Virus record (IMG/VR): IMGVR_UViG_3300032180_000006
Span: 6,265-70,264 of that record
Source of the DNA: a virus
Direction: 5' to 3' (one strand)
Length of the DNA stretch: 64,000 nt
Shown: piece by piece, positions 33,908 to 42,874 of the stretch
How positions within the stretch are numbered: the first letter of the stretch is position 1
Layout of the letters: every line of letters begins with the position of its first letter
The notes under the pieces: generated by a model
What the model saw: the letters and a program-made list of their open reading frames with translations, nothing else
What the model was told of the DNA's origin: nothing
Databases searched by the model: none
Position numbers and translations under genes: made by a program

Positions 33908-36079
33908 ATGCCCAAGAACAGCATCAAAGGCGCTGCGAACGCGGTTAAGCGTGAAGACGCAAAACTGCGCCGTGCGGTTATGGACGCCAAGACACCGGGT
34001 AAGAAGCTGTCGCCTGCTTTCCAGCGGGTCACCATGGACAGCTTTCAAAATTTCGCGGCGCAACTTGGTATCGGCACAGGAAACCTCACCAGTTTCAACA
34101 CCTATGGCTTCAATCCTATTACGCGCATCCATACGCTGTTGGAGTGGATTCACCGCGGAAGCTGGATTGGTGGCGTAGCGGTAGACATTGTCGCTGATGA
34201 CATGACGCGAGCAGGCATCAGCCTTAAGGGTAACATTAAACCTGAATCGATTGAGAAAATCAACGCAGAAGCTACTCGCCTCGGTATCTGGTCGGCTATA
34301 AACGACACTGCAAAATGGGCGCGCCTGTTTGGCGGATGTATCGGCGTACTGCTAATCGATGGGCAAGATCCCAGCACTGAGTTCCGCATTAAGACGGTAA
34401 GCAAGGAGCAGTTCAAAGGCATATTGCCGCTGGATCGCTGGATGGTAGAGCCAGACCTCACCAATCTGGTTAGTCAATTCGGTCCGCAACTAGGGATGCC
34501 TCCTCGTTATCGCGTTACCAGCGACACGGCACCTGTATTCCGCGGGAAGTGGATTCACTATACGCGCTGCATTCGCATGGAAGGCATTCGTTTACCCTAT
34601 TGGCAGCGCGTGATTGAGAATCTTTGGGGATTAAGTGTTCTTGAGCGCTTGTATGACCGCATGACCGCCTTTGATGCCGCCAGCACCGGAGCAGCGCAAC
34701 TGCTGCATAAGTTGCACCTGCGCACCTATAAGATTGAGGATTTGCGCAGCAACATCAATCAGGGCGGCGATTCTATGACCGGGCTGCTCAAGTACGTGGA
34801 CATGATGCGCAAGTTCCAGTCCATTGAAGGTATGACTTTGATGGATAAGGATGATGAATTTGAAGTGCAGGGCAGTACGGCTGTCGGTGGTGTTGCTGAA
34901 CTAATGACACACTTCGGGCAGCAGATTAGCGGTGCGCTGCAAATACCTCTTGTCAGGTTGTTTGGGCAATCACCTATCGGGCTAAACGCTACGGGTGAGA
35001 GCGACCTGCGCATGTACTACGATGGCATTTATCAGCAACAGGAACGCTACCTGCACGAGCCCATCGCCACGGTATATCGCTGCATCGCGCAGTCGCTAGG
35101 AATCAAGTTACCTGATGACTTCGATATTCGCTTCAACCCATTGTGGCAGCTTATGGAGAAAGAGAAGGCAGAGATCGCGCAGGTTGTAACGACCGCTGTC
35201 ACCACGGCGCAAGAAGCTGGGCTTATTACACAGCGCACCGGGTTGCAGGAACTGCGCCAGTCCAGTGAGACAACGGGCGTATTCAGCAACATCACCGACG
35301 ATGACATCGCGGCTGCTGAAATTGAATTACCGCCGGGTCTACCTGTTGAAGAGGAAACGGCTGCGATTCGGGCTGGTGGCGGCAGTGCAGAAGATGCGGA
35401 GTTTCAAGACCCTTTGGTAGAAGGTAAGACTGCCCGCGAATGGTCAAATGAAATGACACGGTTGCGCGACATCAAACCGCGTCCCATTGAAAAGTTGTAC
35501 GGCACGAATGGACCGACGACAGAACAACTTGAAAAATGGAAGTCTGATATGCGTGAGTGGAATAAGTTGTATGGCCGCGTATCCAGAAATCAAAAAGTTG
35601 CGCTACAACTAAGCAATGAAGCATTTCGTAAGTGGAAGGAACGCGGCGGAACCTATGATGCAGCACACACCAGCGCGGGTCAACTTGCATGGCACCACGA
35701 CCTTCAAGTTGTGATTGAGAACCCGGCAGGTACGGAGCGTCGTGGTTATGGTTGGGTTGCCAAGATGCCCGCTGATTATGGCTATGTGCGCCGCGTTGAT
35801 GGTGCAGACGGCGACGCTCTGGATTGTTACATAGGCCCAGCGCCGGAAAGTTCGAATGTCTTCGTTATTAATCAACGTCGTTTGCAAGACGGCGCGTTCG
35901 ATGAACATAAGATAATGCTCGGCTACCACAGCCAGGAAAGCGCGATTGAGGATTACGTGCTGGGCTATACCGATGGCAGTGGGCCGAGGCGAATGATGGA
36001 TTGTATTGCCACCAGCATGGATGAGTTCAAGGAATGGATGAAAGACGGAGACCATACCAAGCCCTATGCTCGTTCTTGA
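33908..36079 (+). CDS. Portal protein (DUF1073-like) fused to inorganic-pyrophosphatase-like domain
   Basis: VDIVADDMTR, WARLFGG, IPLVRLFGQSP.GLNATGESD; C-term IENPAG..DYGY..GADGD.LD..DEHK. Confidence 0.9.
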   Translation: MPKNSIKGAANAVKREDAKLRRAVMDAKTPGKKLSPAFQRVTMDSFQNFAAQLGIGTGNLTSFNTYGFNPITRIHTLLEWIHRGSWIGGVAVDIVADDMTRAGISLKGNIKPESIEKINAEATRLGIWSAINDTAKWARLFGGCIGVLLIDGQDPSTEFRIKTVSKEQFKGILPLDRWMVEPDLTNLVSQFGPQLGMPPRYRVTSDTAPVFRGKWIHYTRCIRMEGIRLPYWQRVIENLWGLSVLERLYDRMTAFDAASTGAAQLLHKLHLRTYKIEDLRSNINQGGDSMTGLLKYVDMMRKFQSIEGMTLMDKDDEFEVQGSTAVGGVAELMTHFGQQISGALQIPLVRLFGQSPIGLNATGESDLRMYYDGIYQQQERYLHEPIATVYRCIAQSLGIKLPDDFDIRFNPLWQLMEKEKAEIAQVVTTAVTTAQEAGLITQRTGLQELRQSSETTGVFSNITDDDIAAAEIELPPGLPVEEETAAIRAGGGSAEDAEFQDPLVEGKTAREWSNEMTRLRDIKPRPIEKLYGTNGPTTEQLEKWKSDMREWNKLYGRVSRNQKVALQLSNEAFRKWKERGGTYDAAHTSAGQLAWHHDLQVVIENPAGTERRGYGWVAKMPADYGYVRRVDGADGDALDCYIGPAPESSNVFVINQRRLQDGAFDEHKIMLGYHSQESAIEDYVLGYTDGSGPRRMMDCIATSMDEFKEWMKDGDHTKPYARS

Positions 36080-36875
36080 TACAAGACGACAAGACGCAGT
36101 ACGAGCGAGGCGCGTAGCCCGTGAACGTTTTCTGCGAGCGCGCAAAGTAGCACAGGAATTTGAGAGTCAGCTTGCAGCCGTCGGCCGCAACATCGGTCAT
36201 TTGATTAAGGGCTTCGCGCCGCATGGTTATGTTCCGTACGAGCGACGCGTTGAACTACACGTAGCGTTACAGCAATACAGCGCCGTGCTGCGACCGTGGG
36301 CGACCGCTGTAACGGCGCGTATGCAGAGCCAAGTAAGTCAGCGTGACACGGCAGCGTGGGAAGAACTGGCGCGTACGATGGGTCGCAGCTTGCGTAGAGA
36401 TCTGCTGGGCGCGCCTATTGCTGAGGCGCTGCGCAGCAAGCTGAGCGAGCAGGTGGAATTGATCAGCAGTTTGCCGCTGGAAGCTGCGCAGCGCGTGCAG
36501 GAATTGACGGTGCAGAATGTGTTGCAGGCGGGTCGTAGTGATGAGATCGCTGCTGCCATACTGCGCAGCGGGCAGGTCGCGGCTAGTCACGCACGGTTAA
36601 TCGCGCGCACAGAAGTAGCGCGCACGGCCAGCCTATTGACGCAGGTGCGCGCCGAGTACGTTGGCAGCGAGGGTTACATCTGGCGCACTAGCGATGACGG
36701 CGTTGTGCGACCGCTGCATAAGAAATTAGAAGGCAGATTTATTAAATGGGATAAACCGCCTATCGCTGGAGAGAACGGCGAGCGGGCGCACGCGGGCCAG
36801 ATCTATAATTGTCGTTGCTGGCCTGAGCCTGTAATACCAGATGTTGTAATAGACTGGCTGCGCATAGCAGCCTGA
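36066..36875 (+). CDS. MuF/SPP1 gp7-like minor head protein
   Basis: LIARTE, YIWRT..D..VRP.H, YNCRC. Confidence 0.9.
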   Translation: MLVLDTRRQDAVRARRVARERFLRARKVAQEFESQLAAVGRNIGHLIKGFAPHGYVPYERRVELHVALQQYSAVLRPWATAVTARMQSQVSQRDTAAWEELARTMGRSLRRDLLGAPIAEALRSKLSEQVELISSLPLEAAQRVQELTVQNVLQAGRSDEIAAAILRSGQVAASHARLIARTEVARTASLLTQVRAEYVGSEGYIWRTSDDGVVRPLHKKLEGRFIKWDKPPIAGENGERAHAGQIYNCRCWPEPVIPDVVIDWLRIAA

Positions 36876-36886
36876 GGAGGAAGTAA

Positions 36887-37360
36887 ATGCTTCGAAAAGT
36901 AATTGCAAGTTCATTGCTATGTGCAGCGCTGTTCGGTATGCTGTCTGTACCCGTTCAAATGGCGCAGGCGCAAAGTGGTGGAAATTTCCAGACGTCAACC
37001 GTTATCTACAGCCCGCCCGCAACAACCATCGTAGCGACTTGTACTACCACGGGTTGTCCTACGTTTGTTTTGTCAGGTGGTTTCTGCACGGCAACTCTAC
37101 GCGTTGCTGGGTCTACAACCATTAACGTAGTGGTGAAAGTCAGTAATGATGGTGGTGCCAACTATAGCCAGATTACACCTTTGGTCGTAGGTGTGGCCGC
37201 GAACGGCACTATCACCACCAACGCTATCGCTTCTAACGGTTTGTATTCTATGACTATCGCAACTATGAACCGAGTGCGTCTTGAAGTCGGCACACTTACC
37301 GGAGCCAGCGCGACCTTTAAGCTGGTATCTACTGGCAACTGTATCTCGCAGGCGTTGTAA
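36887..37360 (+). CDS. Beta-rich protein with signal peptide
   Basis: MLRKVIASSLLCAALFG..AQAQ; GAGGAGG RBS. Confidence 0.7.
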   Translation: MLRKVIASSLLCAALFGMLSVPVQMAQAQSGGNFQTSTVIYSPPATTIVATCTTTGCPTFVLSGGFCTATLRVAGSTTINVVVKVSNDGGANYSQITPLVVGVAANGTITTNAIASNGLYSMTIATMNRVRLEVGTLTGASATFKLVSTGNCISQAL

Positions 37361-37371
37361 AGGGATAAACC

Positions 37372-38694
37372 ATGCAGTTCTACACGGTTGAACAACTCGG
37401 CCCGAAGCGCAGCTTGACACCTGACGGTTTCTTGCTATGCGAAGCGGTGCCGATTGCTCGTACTGGCGTGCAGATGTATGGTCCTGGAGAAACGCAGATT
37501 ACTCCGGGCGGCGATGGGATGGTGTACATCGAACGCAAGGAGGAAGAAGTATTCAGGCCAGAAACCATCGCCAGCTTTAATGGTAAGCCTGTGTTGAACG
37601 ACCATCCACAAGGTGGTGCGCCTGTAGATCCAGATACTTGGCAAAGTTTGGCCGTAGGAGTTGTACTGAATCCACGGCGAGGTACGGGCGTAGAGGATAA
37701 TTTCTTAATCGCAGATCTTCTTATCACTCAGCGCGAAGCCATTGATGAAGTAATGGAAGGTAAGCGTCAGGTTAGTTGCGGCTACGGTGCTCAGTGGGTT
37801 GAAATCAGCGCAGGACACGGCGAGCAGCGCAACATCGTGGGCAACCATGTTGCTCTAGTGCAGCGTGCTCGTTGTGGAAGTCGTTGTAGTATCGGAGATC
37901 AAGCTAATGAAGGAGAACCACTGATGTGGGACAAACTTAAAAAAGCATACATGGCTTACTTCAAGGTAAATACGGATACAGCCTTGGACGCGGCCATGAG
38001 CACGAAGAAGGTTATCGCTGAATTCGGAGCTGACGGTGAAGTACATTTGCATGAAGCACCGGAAGAGCGGTCGAAGTTTACCGATGAAGCATTGGAAGAG
38101 AAGTTTGCGGCATACGATAGGCGTCATGCAGGGCATGATGCTGCGATCGAGGAAATTCGGCAGAAAGTGGGCGCAGCGCCGCATGCTTCGGACGCTGGCG
38201 GTGAAGAAGGTGAGAAAGAAATTGAAGGTGAATTGAAGGAAGAAGCGCCTCCGGGCACGGGCGACAAGGCAGGTATGGCAAAGGATAGTGCGTACCTCGA
38301 AGATAGTTTCGCGGCGACCGTTGCTGCTGCTGAAATCCTGGTACCCGGTATTCAGCTCATCATGTTTGACAAGGCACGTAACCCGAAAGATATGTTCAAG
38401 GATATGTGCGCGTTCCGTCGCCGTGCATTGATTCTGGCATCAAAGGACGAAAAGACTGCGCCGCTGATGCAGGAAGTTCGCCGTGGACGCGTTGTGGCTG
38501 ATGGTGAAATTCAGAAAATGCCGTGCGGTGTTGTGCGCGACTTTTTCTTCTCAACCAGCGCCTTGAAAAAGCGCCTTAACAACGAAGCGTCGCGCAGCGC
38601 GGCAGCCTCGGTCTACACGTCTGTTAATAAAGGCAAGATGAAAACCATTGCCGATATCAACGAAGCCAATCGCAAAAAGTTTGGAGGCAACTAA
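37372..38694 (+). CDS. DUF2213 prohead protease/scaffold
   Basis: PIARTG, SF.GKP...DHP, SCGY, NHVALV..ARCG; acidic C-terminal half. Confidence 0.88.
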   Translation: MQFYTVEQLGPKRSLTPDGFLLCEAVPIARTGVQMYGPGETQITPGGDGMVYIERKEEEVFRPETIASFNGKPVLNDHPQGGAPVDPDTWQSLAVGVVLNPRRGTGVEDNFLIADLLITQREAIDEVMEGKRQVSCGYGAQWVEISAGHGEQRNIVGNHVALVQRARCGSRCSIGDQANEGEPLMWDKLKKAYMAYFKVNTDTALDAAMSTKKVIAEFGADGEVHLHEAPEERSKFTDEALEEKFAAYDRRHAGHDAAIEEIRQKVGAAPHASDAGGEEGEKEIEGELKEEAPPGTGDKAGMAKDSAYLEDSFAATVAAAEILVPGIQLIMFDKARNPKDMFKDMCAFRRRALILASKDEKTAPLMQEVRRGRVVADGEIQKMPCGVVRDFFFSTSALKKRLNNEASRSAAASVYTSVNKGKMKTIADINEANRKKFGGN

Positions 38695-39314
38695 TGTACA
38701 CACGTAAGTCCATTTCTCGCGAACAGTTTCAGAAGCTGGTTGAAGACGGGCAGATCTACCGTCAAGGCAACCAGTTCTTCTGCGATGCCGCGTTTACCTT
38801 TCGCATGGGCGCTGGTTTTCCTGGCGATATAACGCGTATCGAGCTGGCGACAGTTGAACCGTGCTTGATTGATGTCAATTCTCCGCCCACGGCTTACGGT
38901 CAACCCGTTGTCATGGATCCGACCACGCAAGGCGTTCGGCCTATCGCGGCTGGTGATAGCGCGCTGACTGCAATCTACGGTTTTACCGTTCGTCCTTTCC
39001 CAACACAGCAACAGAGCACTGCGAACTTCGGTGCCACTGTGCTCGGTGGAACACAAGTGCCGCCGACTAGCGGTGTTATCGATGTGCTGCGCAGCGGCTA
39101 CATCCTTTCACAACTCAGCAATCCTACTGTCGTGCCTGTTAAGGGCGGCACCGTGGATGTATGGTTCGCGGCCAGCTCTGGCGCGCACGTGCAGGGCGGA
39201 GTAGAAGCTGCGCACACGGGCGGCAGCAGTTTCACGATTGTTGGCAGCACGACAACCGATTTTAACGGCGGTCCGGATGCGAACGGCGTCGTTGAAGTAG
39301 CGTTTAATATCTAA
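38694..39314 (+). CDS. Head decoration/cement protein
   Basis: RMGAGFPGD, VRPFP, LRSGYI; between protease and MCP. Confidence 0.75.
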   Translation: MYTRKSISREQFQKLVEDGQIYRQGNQFFCDAAFTFRMGAGFPGDITRIELATVEPCLIDVNSPPTAYGQPVVMDPTTQGVRPIAAGDSALTAIYGFTVRPFPTQQQSTANFGATVLGGTQVPPTSGVIDVLRSGYILSQLSNPTVVPVKGGTVDVWFAASSGAHVQGGVEAAHTGGSSFTIVGSTTTDFNGGPDANGVVEVAFNI

Positions 39315-39324
39315 GGAGAGTGAA

Positions 39325-40458
39325 ATGCAATCGATGAATCGTTCGGGTCGCGGATTCTTTATGGATCGTGCATTCGGCGGTGGAATGACGCATGACTCAG
39401 CGGGAAATGCGCTGGGCCAGCCTTTGCCGTTTCCATGCCCTGTGATGGATGCCGCTGGTAATCAGACATTTGTTGACACGACAGGTGCGTTTCTGGTCGG
39501 TGAACTGGAACGCCTGGATATGACTTTGCATGAACCGTTGGTGAGCGTCAGTTGGGGTCGAGACATTGACCTCCGCGAGGACGTTACCGTGGCCGATGAA
39601 GTGTCCAGCTTTACCATCAGTACTTACGGAAGTGCTGGCGGTTTGGGTACTGGTCAGGGCATCGGTACTGGCAAAGCGTGGGTCGGTAAGGAAAGCGATG
39701 CGATCGCTGGCGTCAGCGTTGATATCGCCAAGACTCCACATCCGTTGCGTCTATGGGCTTTGGAATTGAAATATACGATTCCCGAGCTTGAATCCGCTGC
39801 GAAGCTGGGTCGTCCGATTGATGAACAGAAATACAAAGCGCTTCAGCTCAAGCACCAGATGGATATCGACGAGCAGGTGTACATCGGAGATACCACGCTG
39901 GGTGATACCGGGCTTGTTAACCAGTCTGCCACGGGCGCGCCGACAACGGGCGTAACGCAACAGAACGTGGTTGCGGGCGTCAGTGGGCAAACGGTGTGGA
40001 CTGGCAAAACGCCGGATGAAATCTTAACTGACATCAACACCGCACTGACTACGGTGTGGGCGAATAGCGCGTGGGCAGTAGTGCCACGCAATATCCTCAT
40101 TCCTCCAGCTCAGTATGGTTACATCGCAACGCAGAAGATCGGCTTGGCTGCGCAGACCAGCATTCTCAAGTACATTCTTGAGAACAATTTGTTGGCGCGT
40201 ACCGGGCAGGGTCAGCTGAACATCAATCCGTTGAAATGGTGTATCGGTTCTGGCGTCGGCGGAACACTGGGTACGGTTGGCAACGATCGCATGGTTGTGT
40301 ACACGAAGGACAAAGATCGTGTTCGCTATCCCATGACTCTGTTGCAGCGCACTCAGCTTCAGTATATGTCGATCTGGCATAAGTGCACGTACTTCGGCCG
40401 TCTCGGCGTGTTGGAACTGGTGTACCCACAGACGATGGGCTATTTTGATCTAATTTAG
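39325..40458 (+). CDS. Major capsid protein (DUF2184-like)
   Basis: GELERLD, W.RDI.LR.DV, YT.PEL, DRMV.Y; synteny. Confidence 0.9.
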   Translation: MQSMNRSGRGFFMDRAFGGGMTHDSAGNALGQPLPFPCPVMDAAGNQTFVDTTGAFLVGELERLDMTLHEPLVSVSWGRDIDLREDVTVADEVSSFTISTYGSAGGLGTGQGIGTGKAWVGKESDAIAGVSVDIAKTPHPLRLWALELKYTIPELESAAKLGRPIDEQKYKALQLKHQMDIDEQVYIGDTTLGDTGLVNQSATGAPTTGVTQQNVVAGVSGQTVWTGKTPDEILTDINTALTTVWANSAWAVVPRNILIPPAQYGYIATQKIGLAAQTSILKYILENNLLARTGQGQLNINPLKWCIGSGVGGTLGTVGNDRMVVYTKDKDRVRYPMTLLQRTQLQYMSIWHKCTYFGRLGVLELVYPQTMGYFDLI

Positions 40459-40474
40459 AGCTCAGTCCAGCAGT

Positions 40475-40524
40475 ACCGGGACTGGGCTTGATGAAGGTCA
40501 AGTCCCGGTTTAACTTTACTTTTT
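40475..40524 (+). terminator. Putative terminator after MCP
   Basis: ACCGGGACT/AGTCCCGGT then T-rich tract. Confidence 0.5.
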
Positions 40525-40540
40525 GAAAGGATGCGCAAAA

Positions 40541-41053
40541 ATGGCTAGTTTTCCCTTAACGAAAGATCCAGTACAGAAAGTAGTTAAACCCGCGAAAGAG
40601 AAGATGGTACCGATGGAATTTCCCGGTCCTGCTGATGTGCGGCTGGCATTGTCAAGCAATCAAGTTCTTATCTTCAAGCCCGGTGTACAGCTTGTGCCGC
40701 AAAGTCTGGTTAATCACCCTTGGTTGAAGGCACACAAAGTGAAATTGATTGAAGGTCTGGAAGGCGAGCAGGCTAAAGCGACCGCGGAAGCACAGCAGGC
40801 GCAGGAAAACGCTGATGATAAGAAAAAGCAAGATGACCTAGACAAAGCAGCAAAGGCCGAAGCTGATAAGAAGCGCAGCGCGGCTGCTACCGCGCTGAAT
40901 GCCATGACTAAGCCTGAGCTCGCTGTGTTTGCCAAACAGACTCATGGTTTGGAACTTAACCATGAGGAAATGAAGAAACCTGAAATGGTTGCGGCCATTC
41001 AAAATGCGATGGCGCCGAAGAAGGAGAGCGATGCCGTTACAGCAGGGCAATAA
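40541..41053 (+). CDS. Head-associated hypothetical protein
   Basis: HPWLKAH; C-terminal HeH-like MTKPEL..A...G. Confidence 0.65.
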   Translation: MASFPLTKDPVQKVVKPAKEKMVPMEFPGPADVRLALSSNQVLIFKPGVQLVPQSLVNHPWLKAHKVKLIEGLEGEQAKATAEAQQAQENADDKKKQDDLDKAAKAEADKKRSAAATALNAMTKPELAVFAKQTHGLELNHEEMKKPEMVAAIQNAMAPKKESDAVTAGQ

Positions 41054-41264
41054 CGAAGAAGCGATCAGCCATAACATAGAGACTGAGCAGAACGCAGGCA
41101 AGTCGCATGAGCAGGCTGTAGCTATTGCACTGCATACTGCTAAGGACGAAGCGGAAGTGATACTGCCCAGCAATATGACACTGAAGCAGATCAACGAGCG
41201 CAATCGTGAACTTTGGAACAAGGAGTGGAAGGCTCCAAGTCCTACTGAAAAGGAAGTTGTATGA
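41031..41264 (+). CDS. Conserved small phage protein
   Basis: MPL..G...IS.NI......G....QAVAIAL; AAGGAG RBS. Confidence 0.65.
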   Translation: MPLQQGNNEEAISHNIETEQNAGKSHEQAVAIALHTAKDEAEVILPSNMTLKQINERNRELWNKEWKAPSPTEKEVV

Positions 41265-41743
41265 GCACCAGCGGAACTCCAGTCACGGTGCCTGTAACGG
41301 TAACAGCGTTCAGGACAGATTTTCCAGAATTCGCCAATACGGCCGTTTTTCCGGACACGATGGTGGCTTACTGGCTTAATCTTGCTGCTTTGCTGCTGAC
41401 TTCGCGCTGGGGTCAGCAGCTTGGCACAGGCATTGAGTTGTTCTGCGCGCATAACTGTGTGTTGGAAGCGTACAACACGCAGGGCGTCAACGCTGGTGGG
41501 CTGCCCGGTTTGACGAAAGGCGTGGTTAGCGCGGAGTCGGCAGGTTCAGTCAGCGTTAACTACGACACGGCCAGCGCGCTTGACCCAAAGGCAGAACACT
41601 GGAATATGACGAACTATGGTACTCGCTTCTGGTTTCTTGCGCGTATGATGGGCGCTGGGCCGATCCATTTGTCAGGTTGTGGTTCAGGTAGCAGCCCGTT
41701 CAGCGGTGGAGTACTTGGACCGGGAATCGGAGGTCAATTCTAA
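41261..41743 (+). CDS. Head-tail adaptor (DUF4054-like)
   Basis: [20 protein letters not shown]. Confidence 0.85.
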   Translation: MSTSGTPVTVPVTVTAFRTDFPEFANTAVFPDTMVAYWLNLAALLLTSRWGQQLGTGIELFCAHNCVLEAYNTQGVNAGGLPGLTKGVVSAESAGSVSVNYDTASALDPKAEHWNMTNYGTRFWFLARMMGAGPIHLSGCGSGSSPFSGGVLGPGIGGQF

Positions 41744-41744
41744 C

Positions 41745-42257
41745 ATGGCTGCTGAAATTCAGGTTAAACTGACAACGACCGCGGACAATGTGACAGTGTT
41801 TAAACGTGCCTTGGAGACTATCGTCCGCGATCACGTTGAGGTTGGTGTACCTGAAGAGAAAGCGCCGCGCAAGGCAGGTTCGAAAATCAGTAATGCTGCA
41901 CTGGCGTACATTCACAATACGGGCAGCCCGTTGAGAAACATTCCAGCACGACCATTCATGGAGCCCGGCATACATGATGCAGAGGACAGCATTACTGCTC
42001 GCATGGAGGCAGTGGCAAAGGCAGCATTGAAGGGTGATGTTCAAGGCGTTGAGCGCGGGCTGAACGCTGTTGGGCTGCTGGTGCAGAACGCCATTCGTCG
42101 CCGCATCAACACAGGTATTCCACCACCTTTAAAGCCCGGGACGCTGGCAGCGCGCAAACGGCAGAACTTTGAAGGTGAAAAACCGTTGATTCGTACTGGG
42201 CAACTGCGAAATTCTATCGTCTATGTGATAAAGCGTATCACGAGGAGGATTAAGTAA
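41745..42257 (+). CDS. Neck/tail-completion protein
   Basis: NIPARPFM, KPLIRTGQLRNSI. Confidence 0.8.
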   Translation: MAAEIQVKLTTTADNVTVFKRALETIVRDHVEVGVPEEKAPRKAGSKISNAALAYIHNTGSPLRNIPARPFMEPGIHDAEDSITARMEAVAKAALKGDVQGVERGLNAVGLLVQNAIRRRINTGIPPPLKPGTLAARKRQNFEGEKPLIRTGQLRNSIVYVIKRITRRIK

Positions 42258-42874
42258 TGCCGATGCTAGATGTAAGTATCGCTCTTACCAGTCCGTATCT
42301 TGTAGATACGTTCAGCGTTCAGCGCAGACAAGAAACGGTTGGTACAAATGGGCGCAGTATAATCACACCTCTTGTGTTCAATGTGGTGTCTGGCGTTGTG
42401 TTTGCCAGCGGTGCCAGTAAACTTCGTCGCGGAAGCGATGACGACGAGCAAGATAAAACTATCACTATTATTACGCGGTTCGCGCTGCGTGGTACGAGCC
42501 TTGATGGTGCAGCGCAAAGCTACAAACCAGACATTGTGACGTGGCATGGCAACCAGTTTATTGTAGATGACATAAAAGACTTCACAGGTTACGGACCGGG
42601 ATTTATTGAAGCTGAGTGCTGTCTGTACGATACTACGGCGCAGCCTTCCACGGAGCCACAAGCAATGATCGCACAAAGTAAATTGCAGCAATACCCGCTG
42701 ACGCAGGTTTCGTCTACTCAGTTCACCGTACCTGTAACGACGGGTCAATTTTTCTTGTATCGCAACGGCATGTTGCTTGTTCAAAATGATGCGCATGGCT
42801 ATACGGTTCAGGGCAACACGCTAACACTCGCTATTCCATTGGGAGCGGGAGATCTGCTGGCATTCTATGCTTAA
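42257..42874 (+). CDS. Head-closure protein with extra C-terminal domain
   Basis: PDIV.W.G, YG.GF; added LYRNG..Y...GN.LTL....GD.L segment. Confidence 0.7.
   Translation: MPMLDVSIALTSPYLVDTFSVQRRQETVGTNGRSIITPLVFNVVSGVVFASGASKLRRGSDDDEQDKTITIITRFALRGTSLDGAAQSYKPDIVTWHGNQFIVDDIKDFTGYGPGFIEAECCLYDTTAQPSTEPQAMIAQSKLQQYPLTQVSSTQFTVPVTTGQFFLYRNGMLLVQNDAHGYTVQGNTLTLAIPLGAGDLLAFYA

Noticed and set aside
40440-40540. Capsid readthrough or frameshift fusion
   Set aside because: Readthrough meets TGA after 10 codons, and the next gene's frame has TAA at 40511
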